64,000 nt of DNA, from NCBI GenBank assembly GCA_025361935.1, contig JANYJB010000006.1:3344-67343 (forward strand), in the 5' to 3' direction. Source of the DNA: Verrucomicrobiota bacterium (GTDB lineage Bacteria > Verrucomicrobiota > Verrucomicrobiia > Opitutales > Opitutaceae). Below are positions 28,506 to 38,959 of the stretch, piece by piece. The notes below the pieces were generated by a model that made no database searches, was not told where the DNA came from, and was given only the letters and a program-made list of their open reading frames with translations. Within the stretch, counting starts at the first letter, position 1; each line of letters opens with the position of its first letter. A program made the translations under genes and the position numbers.

Positions 28506-29741
28506 TCAGACGGCGAAGAACTTCAGGATGCGGCGCATCGACTTCACGAGGAGGTCGATCTCGGCGTCGGTGTTGTAAACATAGAAGCTGGCGCGCGTCG
28601 TCGAGGACAGGCCGAGTTTGCGCATCAAGGGCTGGTTGCAGTGGTGGCCGCCGCGGAGCGCGATGCCGTCCTGGTCGGCGAAGGTGACGACGTCGTGGGC
28701 GTGGGCTTCGGCGAAGGAAAAACTCACGAGGCCGCCACGGGGCTGGCCGGGCTTGGGGCCGAGGATGCGGATGCCGGGGAGCTCGGAGAGGGCGGCGCAG
28801 GCTTTCATCGCGAGGGCGTGGTCGTGGGCGCTGATCGCGGGACGGCCGAGGGCGTCGAGGTAATCGAAGGCGGCGTGGAGGCCGATGGCGTCGGCGACGT
28901 TGGGCGTGCCGGCTTCGTGGCGCTCGGGCGAGGGTTTCCAGGTGGCACCTTCGTAGGTGACGTTGACGACGATGCCGCCGCCGGTCTGCCACGGGGGCAT
29001 GGCGTCGAGGAGGGCGCGGCGGCCGTAGAGCACGCCGATGCCGGTGGGGCCGGCCATCTTGTGGCCGCTGAAGGCCAGGAAATCGCAGCCGAGGGCCTGC
29101 ACGTCGATGGGTTCGTGGCCGATGGACTGGGCGGCGTCGATGAGCGTGAGGGCGCCGACGGCACGGGCCTTGGCGCAGAGGAGCGCGGCGTCGTTCATGA
29201 CGCCGAGGGTGTTGGAGAGATGGGTGAAGGCGAAGAGCTTCACCTGCGGGGTGAGGAGCTTGTCGAGCGCGTCAAGGTCGAGGCCGTGTTCGGCGTCGGT
29301 TCCGGCGACGGGGACGTATTTCAACGTGGCGCCGGTGCGGAGCGCGAGTTGCTGCCAGGGGACGAGATTGGAGTGGTGCTCCATCTCGGTCGTGAGGATG
29401 ACGTCGCCGGGTTTGAGGTTGGCGAGCCCCCAGGACTGGGCGACGAGGTTGACGGACTCGGTGGTGCCGCGAGTGAAGATGATCTCGGCGGAGTGGGCGG
29501 CGTTGATGAACTTGGCGGCGCGGGCGCGGGCGGCCTCGTAGCCGTCGGTCGCGCGCATGGAGAGGGCGTGAAGACCGCGGTGGACGTTGGAGTTGTCGCG
29601 TTCGTAGAAACGGGCGAGGGCGTCTATCACGGAACGCGGCTTCTGGGTGGTGGCGCCGTTGTCGAGGTAAACGAGGGGCTTGCCGCCGACGTGCTGGTCG
29701 AGGGCGGGGAAGTCGATGCGGAGGTTGGGAGAGAGGGACAT
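28506..29741 (-). CDS. sufS: Cysteine desulfurase SufS
   Basis: VYLDNGATTQKP, NVHRG, EHHSN, FSGHKM, EAGTP, RGGHHC; start moved to ATG 29741. Confidence 0.95.
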   Translation of the reverse strand: MSLSPNLRIDFPALDQHVGGKPLVYLDNGATTQKPRSVIDALARFYERDNSNVHRGLHALSMRATDGYEAARARAAKFINAAHSAEIIFTRGTTESVNLVAQSWGLANLKPGDVILTTEMEHHSNLVPWQQLALRTGATLKYVPVAGTDAEHGLDLDALDKLLTPQVKLFAFTHLSNTLGVMNDAALLCAKARAVGALTLIDAAQSIGHEPIDVQALGCDFLAFSGHKMAGPTGIGVLYGRRALLDAMPPWQTGGGIVVNVTYEGATWKPSPERHEAGTPNVADAIGLHAAFDYLDALGRPAISAHDHALAMKACAALSELPGIRILGPKPGQPRGGLVSFSFAEAHAHDVVTFADQDGIALRGGHHCNQPLMRKLGLSSTTRASFYVYNTDAEIDLLVKSMRRILKFFAV

Positions 29742-29748
29742 GGTTTTT

Positions 29749-29858
29749 ATCGTTCTCGTTCTCTTAATCGTTCTTCGTTCTCGATCAGGCGGGGCGGAAA
29801 AAAGGGAGAACGAGAAAGAGAACGAAGAACGAGAAAGAGAACGAAGAACGAGAACGAT
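29749..29858. repeat. Family B inverted repeat between sufU and sufS
   Basis: ATCGTTCTCGTTCTCTTAATCGTTCTTCGTTCTC ... iterated GAGAACGAGAAAGAGAACGAAGAAC ... GAGAACGAT. Confidence 0.85.
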
Positions 29859-30292
29859 TAGGAGGCGGAGGGCGGCTGCTTTAGGGCTTCGAGGGCGGCG
29901 TGCCAGCCGAGGGTGGCGCATTTGATGCGGGCGGGGAAGGCGTGGACGCCGGCGAAGGCCGCGAGCTCGCTGAGCTCCTCGGGCGCCTTGCCGGTGGTGA
30001 CGATTTCCTTGAACTCGTTGAAGAGCGTCTCGGCCTCGGGGGCGGTCTTGCCCTTGACCTGCGTGGTCATGAGGGAGGTCGCGGCCTGGGAGATGGCGCA
30101 GCCGGAGCCCTCGAAGCCGATGGCGTCCACGCGGCCGGCACCGTCGAGGTGGAGGAAAACCGTGCAGTTGTCACCGCAACTGGGGTTGTCGCCGGTGGCC
30201 ACGCGGTTGGCGGTCGGCGGCTTGCCGCGGTTGCGGGGGCGCTTGTTGTGGTCGAGGATGACCGACTGGTAGAGATCGGTGAGGTCGGACAT
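29858..30292 (-). CDS. sufU: SufU (IscU/NifU-like) Fe-S assembly protein
   Basis: LYQSVILDHNKRPRN, NPSCGD, GCAISQA, PARIKCATL. Confidence 0.93.
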   Translation of the reverse strand: MSDLTDLYQSVILDHNKRPRNRGKPPTANRVATGDNPSCGDNCTVFLHLDGAGRVDAIGFEGSGCAISQAATSLMTTQVKGKTAPEAETLFNEFKEIVTTGKAPEELSELAAFAGVHAFPARIKCATLGWHAALEALKQPPSAS

Positions 30293-30370
30293 GGGAAAGA
30301 CTACTCATGACCAATGTCCAAGGACCACTGAAGCACAAACTCGGGGCGCAGTTTTGAGGCGGTGGCCGGT

Positions 30371-30820
30371 CTATTCCCAATACTCCGCCCAACTGGTGGC
30401 GGTTTCGGTGACGCGCACGCGTTCCAGCCGGACGGCGGGGCCGATGGGGTAGGCGGGGTCGCCGGGCGAAGTTGTCAGCGCGGCGCGGATTTCCCGGAAG
30501 ATGACCCGGGCCACCGCTTCGGAGGTGGGGTCGGTGTTGTCGAAGGGCACCACGCGGTCGCCGTAGGCGGCGCGGAGGGCGGGGAACTGCGGGTCGGCGG
30601 TGTTGAGCGCGAGGCTGTGGTCGTATCGGGAGACGGTGTTGGAGATAATCTGTTTCAGCGCCTTGAAGTCGCAGACCATGTCGCGGGCGTCGAGGGTGTT
30701 GGCGGTGAGGACGACCTCGACGGTGCGGCTGTGGCCGTGGGGGAACTTGCACGCGCCGGGGTGCTTGGTGAGCAGGTGGCCGCTTTCGACGGTGAAGGTT
30801 TTGGCGATGCGGAAGGGCAC
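30371..30820 (-). CDS. queD: 6-carboxytetrahydropterin synthase (QueD/PTPS family)
   Basis: GH.L...CKFPHGHS, MVCDF, DH..LN, PTSE, ETATSWAEY; GTG start at 30820. Confidence 0.85.
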   Translation of the reverse strand: MPFRIAKTFTVESGHLLTKHPGACKFPHGHSRTVEVVLTANTLDARDMVCDFKALKQIISNTVSRYDHSLALNTADPQFPALRAAYGDRVVPFDNTDPTSEAVARVIFREIRAALTTSPGDPAYPIGPAVRLERVRVTETATSWAEYWE

Positions 30821-30836
30821 GGTGGCGCGGGGGCAA

Positions 30837-32267
30837 TTAAACCGACATCGCGTGGCGCTTGCCCGTGGCGGCTGGGGAGAAGTGTTCGTCGAAACGCATG
30901 GCGACGACGCGGAGGAGCGGTGCGCCGAGGGCGGTGACGCGCAGGCCCTCCTCATCGAGTTCGACGATGCCGTCGGCAACGAGGTCGGAGAGCGAGGCGA
31001 GTTCGCGGGCGTAGTCGGCGGAGACGTCGATGCCGGTGTCGCGCTCGAGGGCGGCGAAATCCAGGCGGCGGTCGCACATGAGGCGCATGACGAGGGTGCG
31101 GCGGCGGAGGTCTTCGGTGGTGAGGGTGAGGCCGCGCTCGATCGGAAGGTGGCCGGCGTCGAGGGCGGAGCGGTATTCCTCGAGGGTCTTGACGTTCTGG
31201 CGGTAGGTGTTGGCCGTGCTCGAAATGGAGGAGACGCCGAAGGCGTAGAGCGAGGCGCCGGCGCGGGTGCTGTAGCCTTGAAAGTTGCGGTGGAGGGTGC
31301 CGGCCTTCTGGGCGAGGGCGAGTTCGTCGTCGGGGCGCGCGAAGTGGTCGAGGCCGATGTCAACGTAGCCGGCTTCGAGGAGGCGTTCGCGGGCGAGGGC
31401 GAAGAGTTCGAGCTTTTGCTCGGAGGTAGGGAGCTGGTGGCGATCCTCGAAAATGCGCTGGGCGGGCTTCAGCCAGGGGACGTGAGCGTAGCTGAAAAGC
31501 GAGAGGCGTTCGGGGCGGAGCGCGAGCACGTCCTCGATGGTGCGGCCGAGGGAAGCGAGGGTTTGCAGGGGCAGGCCGTAGATGAGGTCGAGGTTGACCG
31601 ACGTCACGCCGGCGGCTCGGAGCATCTTGGCGGCGGCGACGTTGAGGCTGTGGGGCTGCACGCGGTGGATGGCGGCCTGGACCTCGGGATTGGTGTCCTG
31701 AACGCCGAGCGAGGCGCGGTTGATGCCGAATTCGGCGAGCGCGTCCACTTGCACTTGGGTCAACTGGCGGGGGTCAATCTCGACGCTGATCTCGGCGTTG
31801 GCGGTGAAGGTGAAATGCGTGCGGATGATCTTCGCGAGGCGGCGGAGCTGGTCGGCGGTCAGGAAGGTGGGGGTGCCGCCGCCGAAGTGGAGTTGCTCCA
31901 CGGGGCGGGAGCGGTCGAGCTTGGCGACCGTGATGATGATCTCGCGTTCGAGGTCGCTGATGTAGGCGTCGGCTGACTCACGGTTGCGTGTGATGAAGTT
32001 GTTGCAGCCGCAATACCAGCAGAGCGATTCGCAGAAAGGGAGGTGGACGTAGAGGGAGATCGGGCCGGCGGCTGCATCGTGGTTGTCGGCAAGGATCGCG
32101 GCCTCGGCGGCGGTGGAATCAAAGGCCGGGGTGAACTGCGTGGCGGCGGGATAAGAGGTGTAGCGCGGGCCGGGAATGGCATAACGCCGGATAAGGTCGA
32201 GATCGAGCAAGGGGAGGGATGTGGCCGGGCCGGTGGCGGAACCGGGGGACAGGGTGGTGGAGATCAT
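30837..32267 (-). CDS. hemN: Oxygen-independent coproporphyrinogen III oxidase
   Basis: GPRYTSYP, LYVHLPFCESLCWYCGC, GGGTPT, IGLDHFA, RNFQGY. Confidence 0.95.
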   Translation of the reverse strand: MISTTLSPGSATGPATSLPLLDLDLIRRYAIPGPRYTSYPAATQFTPAFDSTAAEAAILADNHDAAAGPISLYVHLPFCESLCWYCGCNNFITRNRESADAYISDLEREIIITVAKLDRSRPVEQLHFGGGTPTFLTADQLRRLAKIIRTHFTFTANAEISVEIDPRQLTQVQVDALAEFGINRASLGVQDTNPEVQAAIHRVQPHSLNVAAAKMLRAAGVTSVNLDLIYGLPLQTLASLGRTIEDVLALRPERLSLFSYAHVPWLKPAQRIFEDRHQLPTSEQKLELFALARERLLEAGYVDIGLDHFARPDDELALAQKAGTLHRNFQGYSTRAGASLYAFGVSSISSTANTYRQNVKTLEEYRSALDAGHLPIERGLTLTTEDLRRRTLVMRLMCDRRLDFAALERDTGIDVSADYARELASLSDLVADGIVELDEEGLRVTALGAPLLRVVAMRFDEHFSPAATGKRHAMSV

Positions 32268-32478
32268 GTGCGGGCGGGTGGATGGATGAACGCGGGCTTA
32301 TAGTCGCAAGAAAGCCTTTTGCGTGCTGCGTGCCGCTTGGCGGTGACTACGCAGATTTTGCCCTACAGATTGAAAATTACCCGGCCGAGTCGAGTGGGGG
32401 TGAGTTTCGAGCGATCACCAGAAGGACCACCAAGTCACGGAATTCCGCCCCCATTCACCGAGTATAATTGTTAAATAA

Positions 32479-32568
<90 letters not shown>

Positions 32569-32789
32569 GGAAGTGCTGCGGGCGGCCACCTTGCGGTGAC
32601 GCGTCCGTCGGGCGAAGGGGCTTAAGAAGAGGCGTCACCCTTCATCGGTCAATGGCGAAAATCCGCGGCATGGCCTTACACCTGCTGACAGGTCTTCTGA
32701 TACATCGACTGTTTTCTTAAAAGCGCTTGCGCGACCCCGCTCCACTGCTACGGTGCGCCTTTTACTAATTCATCCGACGATTTATAACC

Positions 32790-33302
32790 ATGGTTACCGC
32801 TAACACCGAGCTGGCTTACAACACGAAGATCGAGGGCGACATCGTGGTCACCAAGGCCGATGCCGTGATCAACTGGCTTCGCAGCTCCTCAGTCTGGCCG
32901 ATGCCCATGGGTCTCGCCTGCTGCGCCATCGAGCTGATGGCCGTGGGCGCCTCCCGCTTCGATATCTCCCGCTTTGGCGCGGAGGTGATGCGTTTTTCCC
33001 CCCGTCAGGCCGACTGCATGATCGTTGCCGGCACCGTCACCTACAAGATGGCTCCGCATGTCCGCCGCGTTTACGACCAGATGGCCGAGCCCAAGTGGGT
33101 CATCGCCATGGGCGCCTGCGCCTCTTCCGGCGGCATGTATCGCAGCTACGCCACCCTCCAGGGCGTGGATCAGATCATCCCGGTTGACGTTTACATCAGC
33201 GGTTGTCCTCCGCGCCCGGAGGCGTTGCTGGACGCGTTGATTAAACTCCAGTCGAAGATCGGCACCGAGCGGTCTGCCAAGACCCTCCTCGCCTCCGCCT
33301 AA
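32790..33302 (+). CDS. nuoB: NADH-quinone oxidoreductase subunit B
   Basis: [30 protein letters not shown]. Confidence 0.97.
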   Translation: MVTANTELAYNTKIEGDIVVTKADAVINWLRSSSVWPMPMGLACCAIELMAVGASRFDISRFGAEVMRFSPRQADCMIVAGTVTYKMAPHVRRVYDQMAEPKWVIAMGACASSGGMYRSYATLQGVDQIIPVDVYISGCPPRPEALLDALIKLQSKIGTERSAKTLLASA

Positions 33303-33332
33303 CGCTTCGAGCCAACCGCCGCCCTTTTTTCC

Positions 33333-33962
33333 ATGACCGCGCCCGCCGACGTCACCGCCGCCCTTCAGTCGAAATTTCCCCAAGTCACCCCGCGTCCGAG
33401 CGGTGACCATCCCGCCGTCAACGTATCGCCCGCCGAGGTGGTTGCCGTGCTGAAATACCTGCGCGACGAGTTGGCTTACGATTTCCTGGTGGACGTCACA
33501 GCGGTGGACTGGGGTGTCGAAGCCTCTCCGAGGTTCACGGTTATCTGGCATCTGTTTTCGACCACGCATCATCAATATATCCGCCTCGCGATGAACTGCG
33601 CCAGCGACACTGAGCCCGTCGCCCCCAGCGCGACCGGTCTCTGGCCGGCCGCCAACTGGCACGAGCGCGAGACTTACGATCTTCTCGGCGTCAAGTTCGC
33701 CGACCATCCCGACCTCCGCCGCATTTTGATGTGGGATGAGTATCCGTATCACCCGTTGCGCAAGGATTTCCCCCTGGCCGGTATCGAGGTGCCGCTGCCC
33801 GACATCGAGGTGGCCGAGCTCACCGGAGCCTCCGCCAAGCCCGCTCCCATGATGGGCGGACCGTTCGTCGCCTCCTCCGGCGAGATGAACCTCACCGACG
33901 CCGAACCGCGCGCCAAGGACGAGAGCTGGACCGAGCGCAAAGTAAAACCCGTGTCCGCATAA
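33333..33962 (+). CDS. nuoC: NADH-quinone oxidoreductase subunit C
   Basis: ANWHERETYDLLG..F..HPDLRRIL...HPLRKDFP. Confidence 0.96.
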   Translation: MTAPADVTAALQSKFPQVTPRPSGDHPAVNVSPAEVVAVLKYLRDELAYDFLVDVTAVDWGVEASPRFTVIWHLFSTTHHQYIRLAMNCASDTEPVAPSATGLWPAANWHERETYDLLGVKFADHPDLRRILMWDEYPYHPLRKDFPLAGIEVPLPDIEVAELTGASAKPAPMMGGPFVASSGEMNLTDAEPRAKDESWTERKVKPVSA

Positions 33963-34000
33963 CCCGCGCCCTTCGCCTTTAGCCCATAGCCCACTTCCCG

Positions 34001-35233
34001 ATGGCCACCGAATTTGCCTATCCCGACAACGCCTCCAAAACCGAGAGCGCCTCGCAGGAGTTCCAGACTGAAAAGATGGCCCTCGCGATGGGTCCGTCCC
34101 ACCCGTCCACGCACGGCGTGCTCCGCCTTTCCCTCGAACTCGATGGCGAGATCGTGACCAAGTGCGACCCGGTGCTCGGCTACCTGCACCGCGGCGACGA
34201 GAAGATTGCCGAGAACATGACCTACAACCAGTTCGTGCCATACACGGACCGGTTGGACTACCTCGCCCCGCTCGCCAACAACGTCGCTTACGCCCTCGCG
34301 GTCGAGAAACTCGCCAAGCTCGAGGTGCCCGCCCGCTGCCAGGCCATCCGCGTCATCGTCAGCGAGCTCGCCCGCATTTCCGCCCACCTGCTCGGTCTCG
34401 GCGCCTACGGCATCGATGTCGGCGCGTGGTCGGTGTTCCTCTACGCCTTCGAGGAGCGCGAGAAACTCTACAAGCTCTTCGAGGAGCTCACCGGCGCGCG
34501 CTTCACCACCAGCTACACCCGCATCGGCGGCGTCGCCCGCGACGTGCCCGAGGGTTGGAACGGCCGCGTCGAGGCGTTCTGCGACCAGTTCCTCCCGATC
34601 CTCGAGGAAATCCTCGGCCTGCTCACCCGTAACAAGATTTTCCAGGACCGCACTGTGGATGTCGGCATCATCTCAAAGGCCGACGCCATCGCCTACGGAC
34701 TCACCGGCCCGAACCTCCGCGGTTCCGGCGTCCCTATGGATCTGCGCAAGGACCGTCCTTATTCTGGCTACGACCAGTATGAGTTCGACGTGCCCGTCGG
34801 CGCGAAGGGCGACTGCTACGACCGCTACCTCTGCCGCGGCGAGGAGATGCGCCAGTCCGTCCGCATCATCCGCCAGGCGATCAAGAAATTCCCCTCCGGC
34901 GCCTGGTATAACGAGGACGCGAAGACGATCTTCGCCCCGCAGAAGGCCAAGGTGCTTTCCTCGATGGAAGAGTTGATCAACAACTTCATGATCGTGACCG
35001 AGGGACCGCAGATGCCGTCGGGCGAGGTTTATTTCGAGGCCGAGGTTCCGAAGGGCCTGCTCGGCTTCTTCATCGAGAGCAAGGGCGGCGGCGTGCCCTA
35101 CCGCATGAAGATCCGCAGTCCCTCCTTCTGCAACCTCTCCATCCTGCCCAAAGTCTGCGCGGGCAACCTCGTCGCCGACGTCGTCTCCATCCTCGGCTCG
35201 CTCGACTTCGTGATGGGCGAGTGCGACCGCTAA
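34001..35233 (+). CDS. nuoD: NADH-quinone oxidoreductase subunit D
   Basis: GPSHPSTHGVLR, GYLHRG, DRLDY, GECDR end. Confidence 0.97.
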   Translation: MATEFAYPDNASKTESASQEFQTEKMALAMGPSHPSTHGVLRLSLELDGEIVTKCDPVLGYLHRGDEKIAENMTYNQFVPYTDRLDYLAPLANNVAYALAVEKLAKLEVPARCQAIRVIVSELARISAHLLGLGAYGIDVGAWSVFLYAFEEREKLYKLFEELTGARFTTSYTRIGGVARDVPEGWNGRVEAFCDQFLPILEEILGLLTRNKIFQDRTVDVGIISKADAIAYGLTGPNLRGSGVPMDLRKDRPYSGYDQYEFDVPVGAKGDCYDRYLCRGEEMRQSVRIIRQAIKKFPSGAWYNEDAKTIFAPQKAKVLSSMEELINNFMIVTEGPQMPSGEVYFEAEVPKGLLGFFIESKGGGVPYRMKIRSPSFCNLSILPKVCAGNLVADVVSILGSLDFVMGECDR

Positions 35234-35248
35234 CCCTTTTTCGTCTCG

Positions 35249-35743
35249 ATGAATCTCAAGCCCGAAACCCTCAAGCGTATTGACGAAGTCATCACGCACT
35301 ACCCGGTCAAGCGCAGCGCCACGCTGCCGCTGCTGCATCTCGTGCAGGAGGACGCCGGCCACATCTCCGACGAGGCCGTCGCTTGGATCGCGCAGAAGCT
35401 CGAACTCGAGCCCATCAACGTGCTCGAAGTCGTGACGTTCTACCCGATGTTCCGCCGCAAGCCCATCGGCCGCCGCCACATCAAAGTCTGCCGCACGCTC
35501 TCCTGCGCCCTCGTCGGCGGTTACAAGACCTGCGAAACCTTCGAGAAGGAATTTGATACCCACGTCGGCATCAACCACATCTCACCCGATGGCGAAGTGA
35601 CCGTCGAATTCGTCGAGTGCCTCGCCTCCTGCGGCACCGCGCCCGTCGTCCTCATCGACGACACGCTGCACCAGAAGGTTGACGTCACGAAAGCCAAGGC
35701 GCTTTCCGCCCAGATCAAGGCCGAGGCCGCCGCCCGCAAGTAA
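35249..35743 (+). CDS. nuoE: NADH-quinone oxidoreductase subunit E
   Basis: TFYPMF, CRTLSC, ECLASCGTAP. Confidence 0.96.
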   Translation: MNLKPETLKRIDEVITHYPVKRSATLPLLHLVQEDAGHISDEAVAWIAQKLELEPINVLEVVTFYPMFRRKPIGRRHIKVCRTLSCALVGGYKTCETFEKEFDTHVGINHISPDGEVTVEFVECLASCGTAPVVLIDDTLHQKVDVTKAKALSAQIKAEAAARK

Positions 35744-35760
35744 CCCTTACGCCCACCGCC

Positions 35761-37119
35761 ATGTCCGCTCCCGCTCAAAAACGCATCATTTTCCAGCACA
35801 TCGACGAGCCCGGCTACACCGACGACCTCGCGTGCTACCTCAAGCACGGCGGTTACGAGGTGATGAAACGCGCCTTCGCCCGCCCGCCCCAGGAACTCAT
35901 CGACGAGGTCAAGAAATCCGGCCTGCGCGGTCGTGGCGGCGCGGGTTTCCCCTGCGGCGTGAAGTGGGGTCTCGTTGACCGCAAGAGCGGCAAGCCGATC
36001 TACCTCATCGTCAACGCCGACGAGTCCGAGCCCGGCACTTTCAAGGACCGTTACATCATGTATCAGGACCCGCACCAGTTGATCGAGGGCACGATCATCT
36101 CGTGCTTCGCGAACAACGTGAAGCAGGCCTACATCTACATCCGCGGCGAAATGGCCGAGGGTGCGATCATTCTCGAAAAAGCCATCGCCGAAGCCCGCGC
36201 CGCCCACTTCGTCGGCCCGAACATCCTCGGCTCGAACTACAGCTGCGAAATCTTCGTCCACCGTGGCGCTGGTGCCTACATTTGCGGCGAGGAAACCGGT
36301 CTCATCGAGTCCCTCGAAGGCAAGCGCGCCAACCCGCGCATCAAGCCCCCGTATTTTCCGGCCGTCCTCGGACTCTACCAGTGCCCGACGATCGTGAACA
36401 ACGTCGAGACGCTCTGCCACGTTAAGTATATCGTCGATGTCGGCGGCGAAGCCTTCACCAAGATCGGCACGCCCAACAACACCGGCACACGCATTTTCTG
36501 CGTTTCCGGCCACGTGCAGCGCCCCGGCTACTACGAGTTTCCCGCCGGCACCATCACGATGGGCCAGCTCCTTTACGACGTCTGCGGCGGCCCGCTTCCC
36601 GGACGCATCTTCAAGGCCGTGATCCCCGGCGGCTCGTCCGCCAAGGTCATGCGCTTCGGCGAACGCTACAAGGGCAAGCGCAAGGTCGGCGCCGACATGG
36701 TTGATTACGATTGGGGTGTCGAGGACGTGCCCATGGATTTCGACTCCCTCGCGATGGTTGGCACGATGGGCGGCTCCGGTGGCGTCATCGTCATGGACGA
36801 CACCGTCAACATGGTCGAGGCCCTCGCCAACATCAACGCGTTCTACTCCCACGAGTCCTGCGGCCAGTGCACGCCCTGCCGCGAAGGCTCCCTGTGGATG
36901 AAGAAAATCTCCACCCGCATGGTCCACGGCGACGCCCGTCCCGGTGACGCCGCCCTCCTCAAAAGCGTGGCCGACCAGATTCCCGGCCGCACCATCTGCG
37001 CGTTCGGCGAAGCCTGCTCATGGCCGACCCAGAGCTTCTACCTGAAGTTCAAGGACGAGTTCGATGGTTACTCCGACGCCAAGAAAACCCTTCCCGCCGA
37101 CCGCCGCGTCCTCGTCTGA
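35761..37119 (+). CDS. nuoF: NADH-quinone oxidoreductase subunit F
   Basis: GLRGRGGAGF, NADESEPGTFKDR, GAGAYICGEET, ESCGQCTPCREG. Confidence 0.97.
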   Translation: MSAPAQKRIIFQHIDEPGYTDDLACYLKHGGYEVMKRAFARPPQELIDEVKKSGLRGRGGAGFPCGVKWGLVDRKSGKPIYLIVNADESEPGTFKDRYIMYQDPHQLIEGTIISCFANNVKQAYIYIRGEMAEGAIILEKAIAEARAAHFVGPNILGSNYSCEIFVHRGAGAYICGEETGLIESLEGKRANPRIKPPYFPAVLGLYQCPTIVNNVETLCHVKYIVDVGGEAFTKIGTPNNTGTRIFCVSGHVQRPGYYEFPAGTITMGQLLYDVCGGPLPGRIFKAVIPGGSSAKVMRFGERYKGKRKVGADMVDYDWGVEDVPMDFDSLAMVGTMGGSGGVIVMDDTVNMVEALANINAFYSHESCGQCTPCREGSLWMKKISTRMVHGDARPGDAALLKSVADQIPGRTICAFGEACSWPTQSFYLKFKDEFDGYSDAKKTLPADRRVLV

Positions 37120-37141
37120 TCCACCTTCTTTCTCTCTCGCA

Positions 37142-38812
37142 ATGATCCAGCCTGCCAAACCCGAGCTCGTCACCGTCAACATCGACGGCAAGGAGATCGC
37201 CGTGCCGAAGGGCACCAACGTCATCGAAGCCGCGCGCATGGTGAACGTTGACGTGCCCCACTACTGCTACCACCCGAAGCTCGCGGTGGTTGGTAACTGC
37301 CGCATGTGCCTCATCGAAATGGGCATGCCCGCCGTCGATCCCGCCACCAAGGCCCCTGTCATCGACCCCGCCACCGGCAAGCAGAAGATCAACTGGATTC
37401 CCCGCCCCCAGATCGGTTGCGGCACCAACGTCTCCCCCGGCCTCCACGTCAAGACCACCAGCCCGATGGTCAAAGACGCCCGCGAAGGCGTGATGGAGTT
37501 CCTCCTCATCAATCACCCGCTCGACTGCCCCATCTGCGACCAAGCCGGCGAGTGCAAACTCCAGGAGCAGGCCACTGGCTACGGCCGCGGCTACTCCCGC
37601 TTCGTCGAGCAGAAAAACGTCAAACCCAAGCGCACCCAGCTCGGGCCCCGCGTCACCCTCGACGACGAACGTTGCGTGCTTTGTTCACGTTGCATCCGTT
37701 TTTCCCGCGACATCGCCGGCAAAGATGTTCTCGGTTTCGTGGACCGCGGCAGCTACTCCACGCTCACCTGCCATCCCGACAAGAAGCTCGATCACAATTA
37801 CTCGCTCAACACGGTGGACATCTGCCCCGTCGGCGCGCTCACCTCGACGGATTTCCGCTTCAAGATGCGCGTCTGGTTCCTCAAACAGACGAACACCATC
37901 GACACCGAGTCCTCCGTCGGCGTGAACACCGTCGCCTGGTCCCGCGAAGGCGTGCTCTACCGCATCACCCCGCGCCAGAACGACGAGGTCAACGACACGT
38001 GGATGGCCGACTCCGGCCGCGTTCTCTATAAACAGGTCGCCGCCGCTGACCGCCTGAAGTCCTCCGACACCGTCAACATTCTCGTCACGAAAGCCGCCGA
38101 GTTTTTCAAGTCCGGTTCCGTCGCCGTCGTCGGCTCCGGTCGCAGCTCGGTTGAAGAGCAGTTTCTCACCAAGAAACTCGCCGCCGCCCTCAAGGTCTCC
38201 GTCTCCCTCGTCTCGCGCACCGCGCCGGGCGATAAGCTCCTCATTTCCGCCGACCGCAATCCCAACATCCGCGGTGCGCTCGTCACCGGCCTCATCTCCG
38301 AGCTGCCATCCGCGCAGCTCACCGGCCTCGCCGCCGACATCGACGCGGGCAAGGTCAAGACCGTCGTCTCCGTTGGCGAAGATCTCGCCGCCGCCGGCCT
38401 CACCGCCGCGCAGCTCGCCAAGGTTTCCATCGTCTATCTCGGCACCCACGCCAACGCTACCAGCGCCGCCGCCAAGGTGGTTATCCCGACGCTCACCGTC
38501 TTCGAAAAAGCCGGCACGTTCGTGAACCAGCAGTTCCGCATCCAGAAGTTCGCCAAGGCCGTCCCCGGTCTGGCTGGCGCCTACGACGACCTTGTCGTCC
38601 TCTCCAAGCTCACCGTCGCCGCCGGCGGCGCTTCCGCTGCCGACGAGATCAACGCGCTCTGGACTGCCATCGCCGCCGAGGTTCCCGCGCTTTCCGCGAT
38701 GCTCTACAAGAACATCCCCGAAACCGGCCTGCTGCTCGACGGCACCGCCTGGGCCGGCCTGCCCTTCGCCGAGGGCGAGACGCTTCACTATAAACCCGCC
38801 GCTACGATCTAA
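37142..38812 (+). CDS. nuoG: NADH-quinone oxidoreductase subunit G (short form)
   Basis: CYHPKL..GNCRMCL, NHPLDCPICDQAGEC, CVLCSRC, DICPVGAL; ATG 37142. Confidence 0.93.
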   Translation: MIQPAKPELVTVNIDGKEIAVPKGTNVIEAARMVNVDVPHYCYHPKLAVVGNCRMCLIEMGMPAVDPATKAPVIDPATGKQKINWIPRPQIGCGTNVSPGLHVKTTSPMVKDAREGVMEFLLINHPLDCPICDQAGECKLQEQATGYGRGYSRFVEQKNVKPKRTQLGPRVTLDDERCVLCSRCIRFSRDIAGKDVLGFVDRGSYSTLTCHPDKKLDHNYSLNTVDICPVGALTSTDFRFKMRVWFLKQTNTIDTESSVGVNTVAWSREGVLYRITPRQNDEVNDTWMADSGRVLYKQVAAADRLKSSDTVNILVTKAAEFFKSGSVAVVGSGRSSVEEQFLTKKLAAALKVSVSLVSRTAPGDKLLISADRNPNIRGALVTGLISELPSAQLTGLAADIDAGKVKTVVSVGEDLAAAGLTAAQLAKVSIVYLGTHANATSAAAKVVIPTLTVFEKAGTFVNQQFRIQKFAKAVPGLAGAYDDLVVLSKLTVAAGGASAADEINALWTAIAAEVPALSAMLYKNIPETGLLLDGTAWAGLPFAEGETLHYKPAATI

Positions 38813-38819
38813 ACCCAGG

Positions 38820-38947
38820 ATTTTACAGAAGGAAACGAAGGTAACAAAGAGTATCCCGTTTATCTCCGCTCCAAGTTCCAAGCGCCTTACCCACTGACAT
38901 AAGAAAACCCGCGACTCTTCGTTTCCTTCGTTATCTTTTGTAAAAAT
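38820..38947. repeat. ~128-bp MITE-like element family C, copy 1 (nuoG-nuoH)
   Basis: Terminal inverted repeats TTTTACAGAAGGAAACGAAGGTAACAAAGAGT / ACTCTTCGTTTCCTTCGTTATCTTTTGTAAAA (27/32 by hand); similar along its full length to 40746-40875. Confidence 0.85.
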
Positions 38948-38959
38948 TTCCGTTCCGAA

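Noticed and set aside
28248-29858. GAGAACG iterations as a CRISPR array
   Set aside because: No constant-length repeats with unique spacers and no cas genes; these are inverted low-complexity repeats.
29742-29921. N-terminal extension of SufS in the ORF track
   Set aside because: It is read-through of the family B repeat and the sufU end; homology begins at ATG 29741.
30821-31363. Long N-terminal extension on QueD
   Set aside because: Out-of-frame overlap with hemN; QueD motifs begin at 30820.
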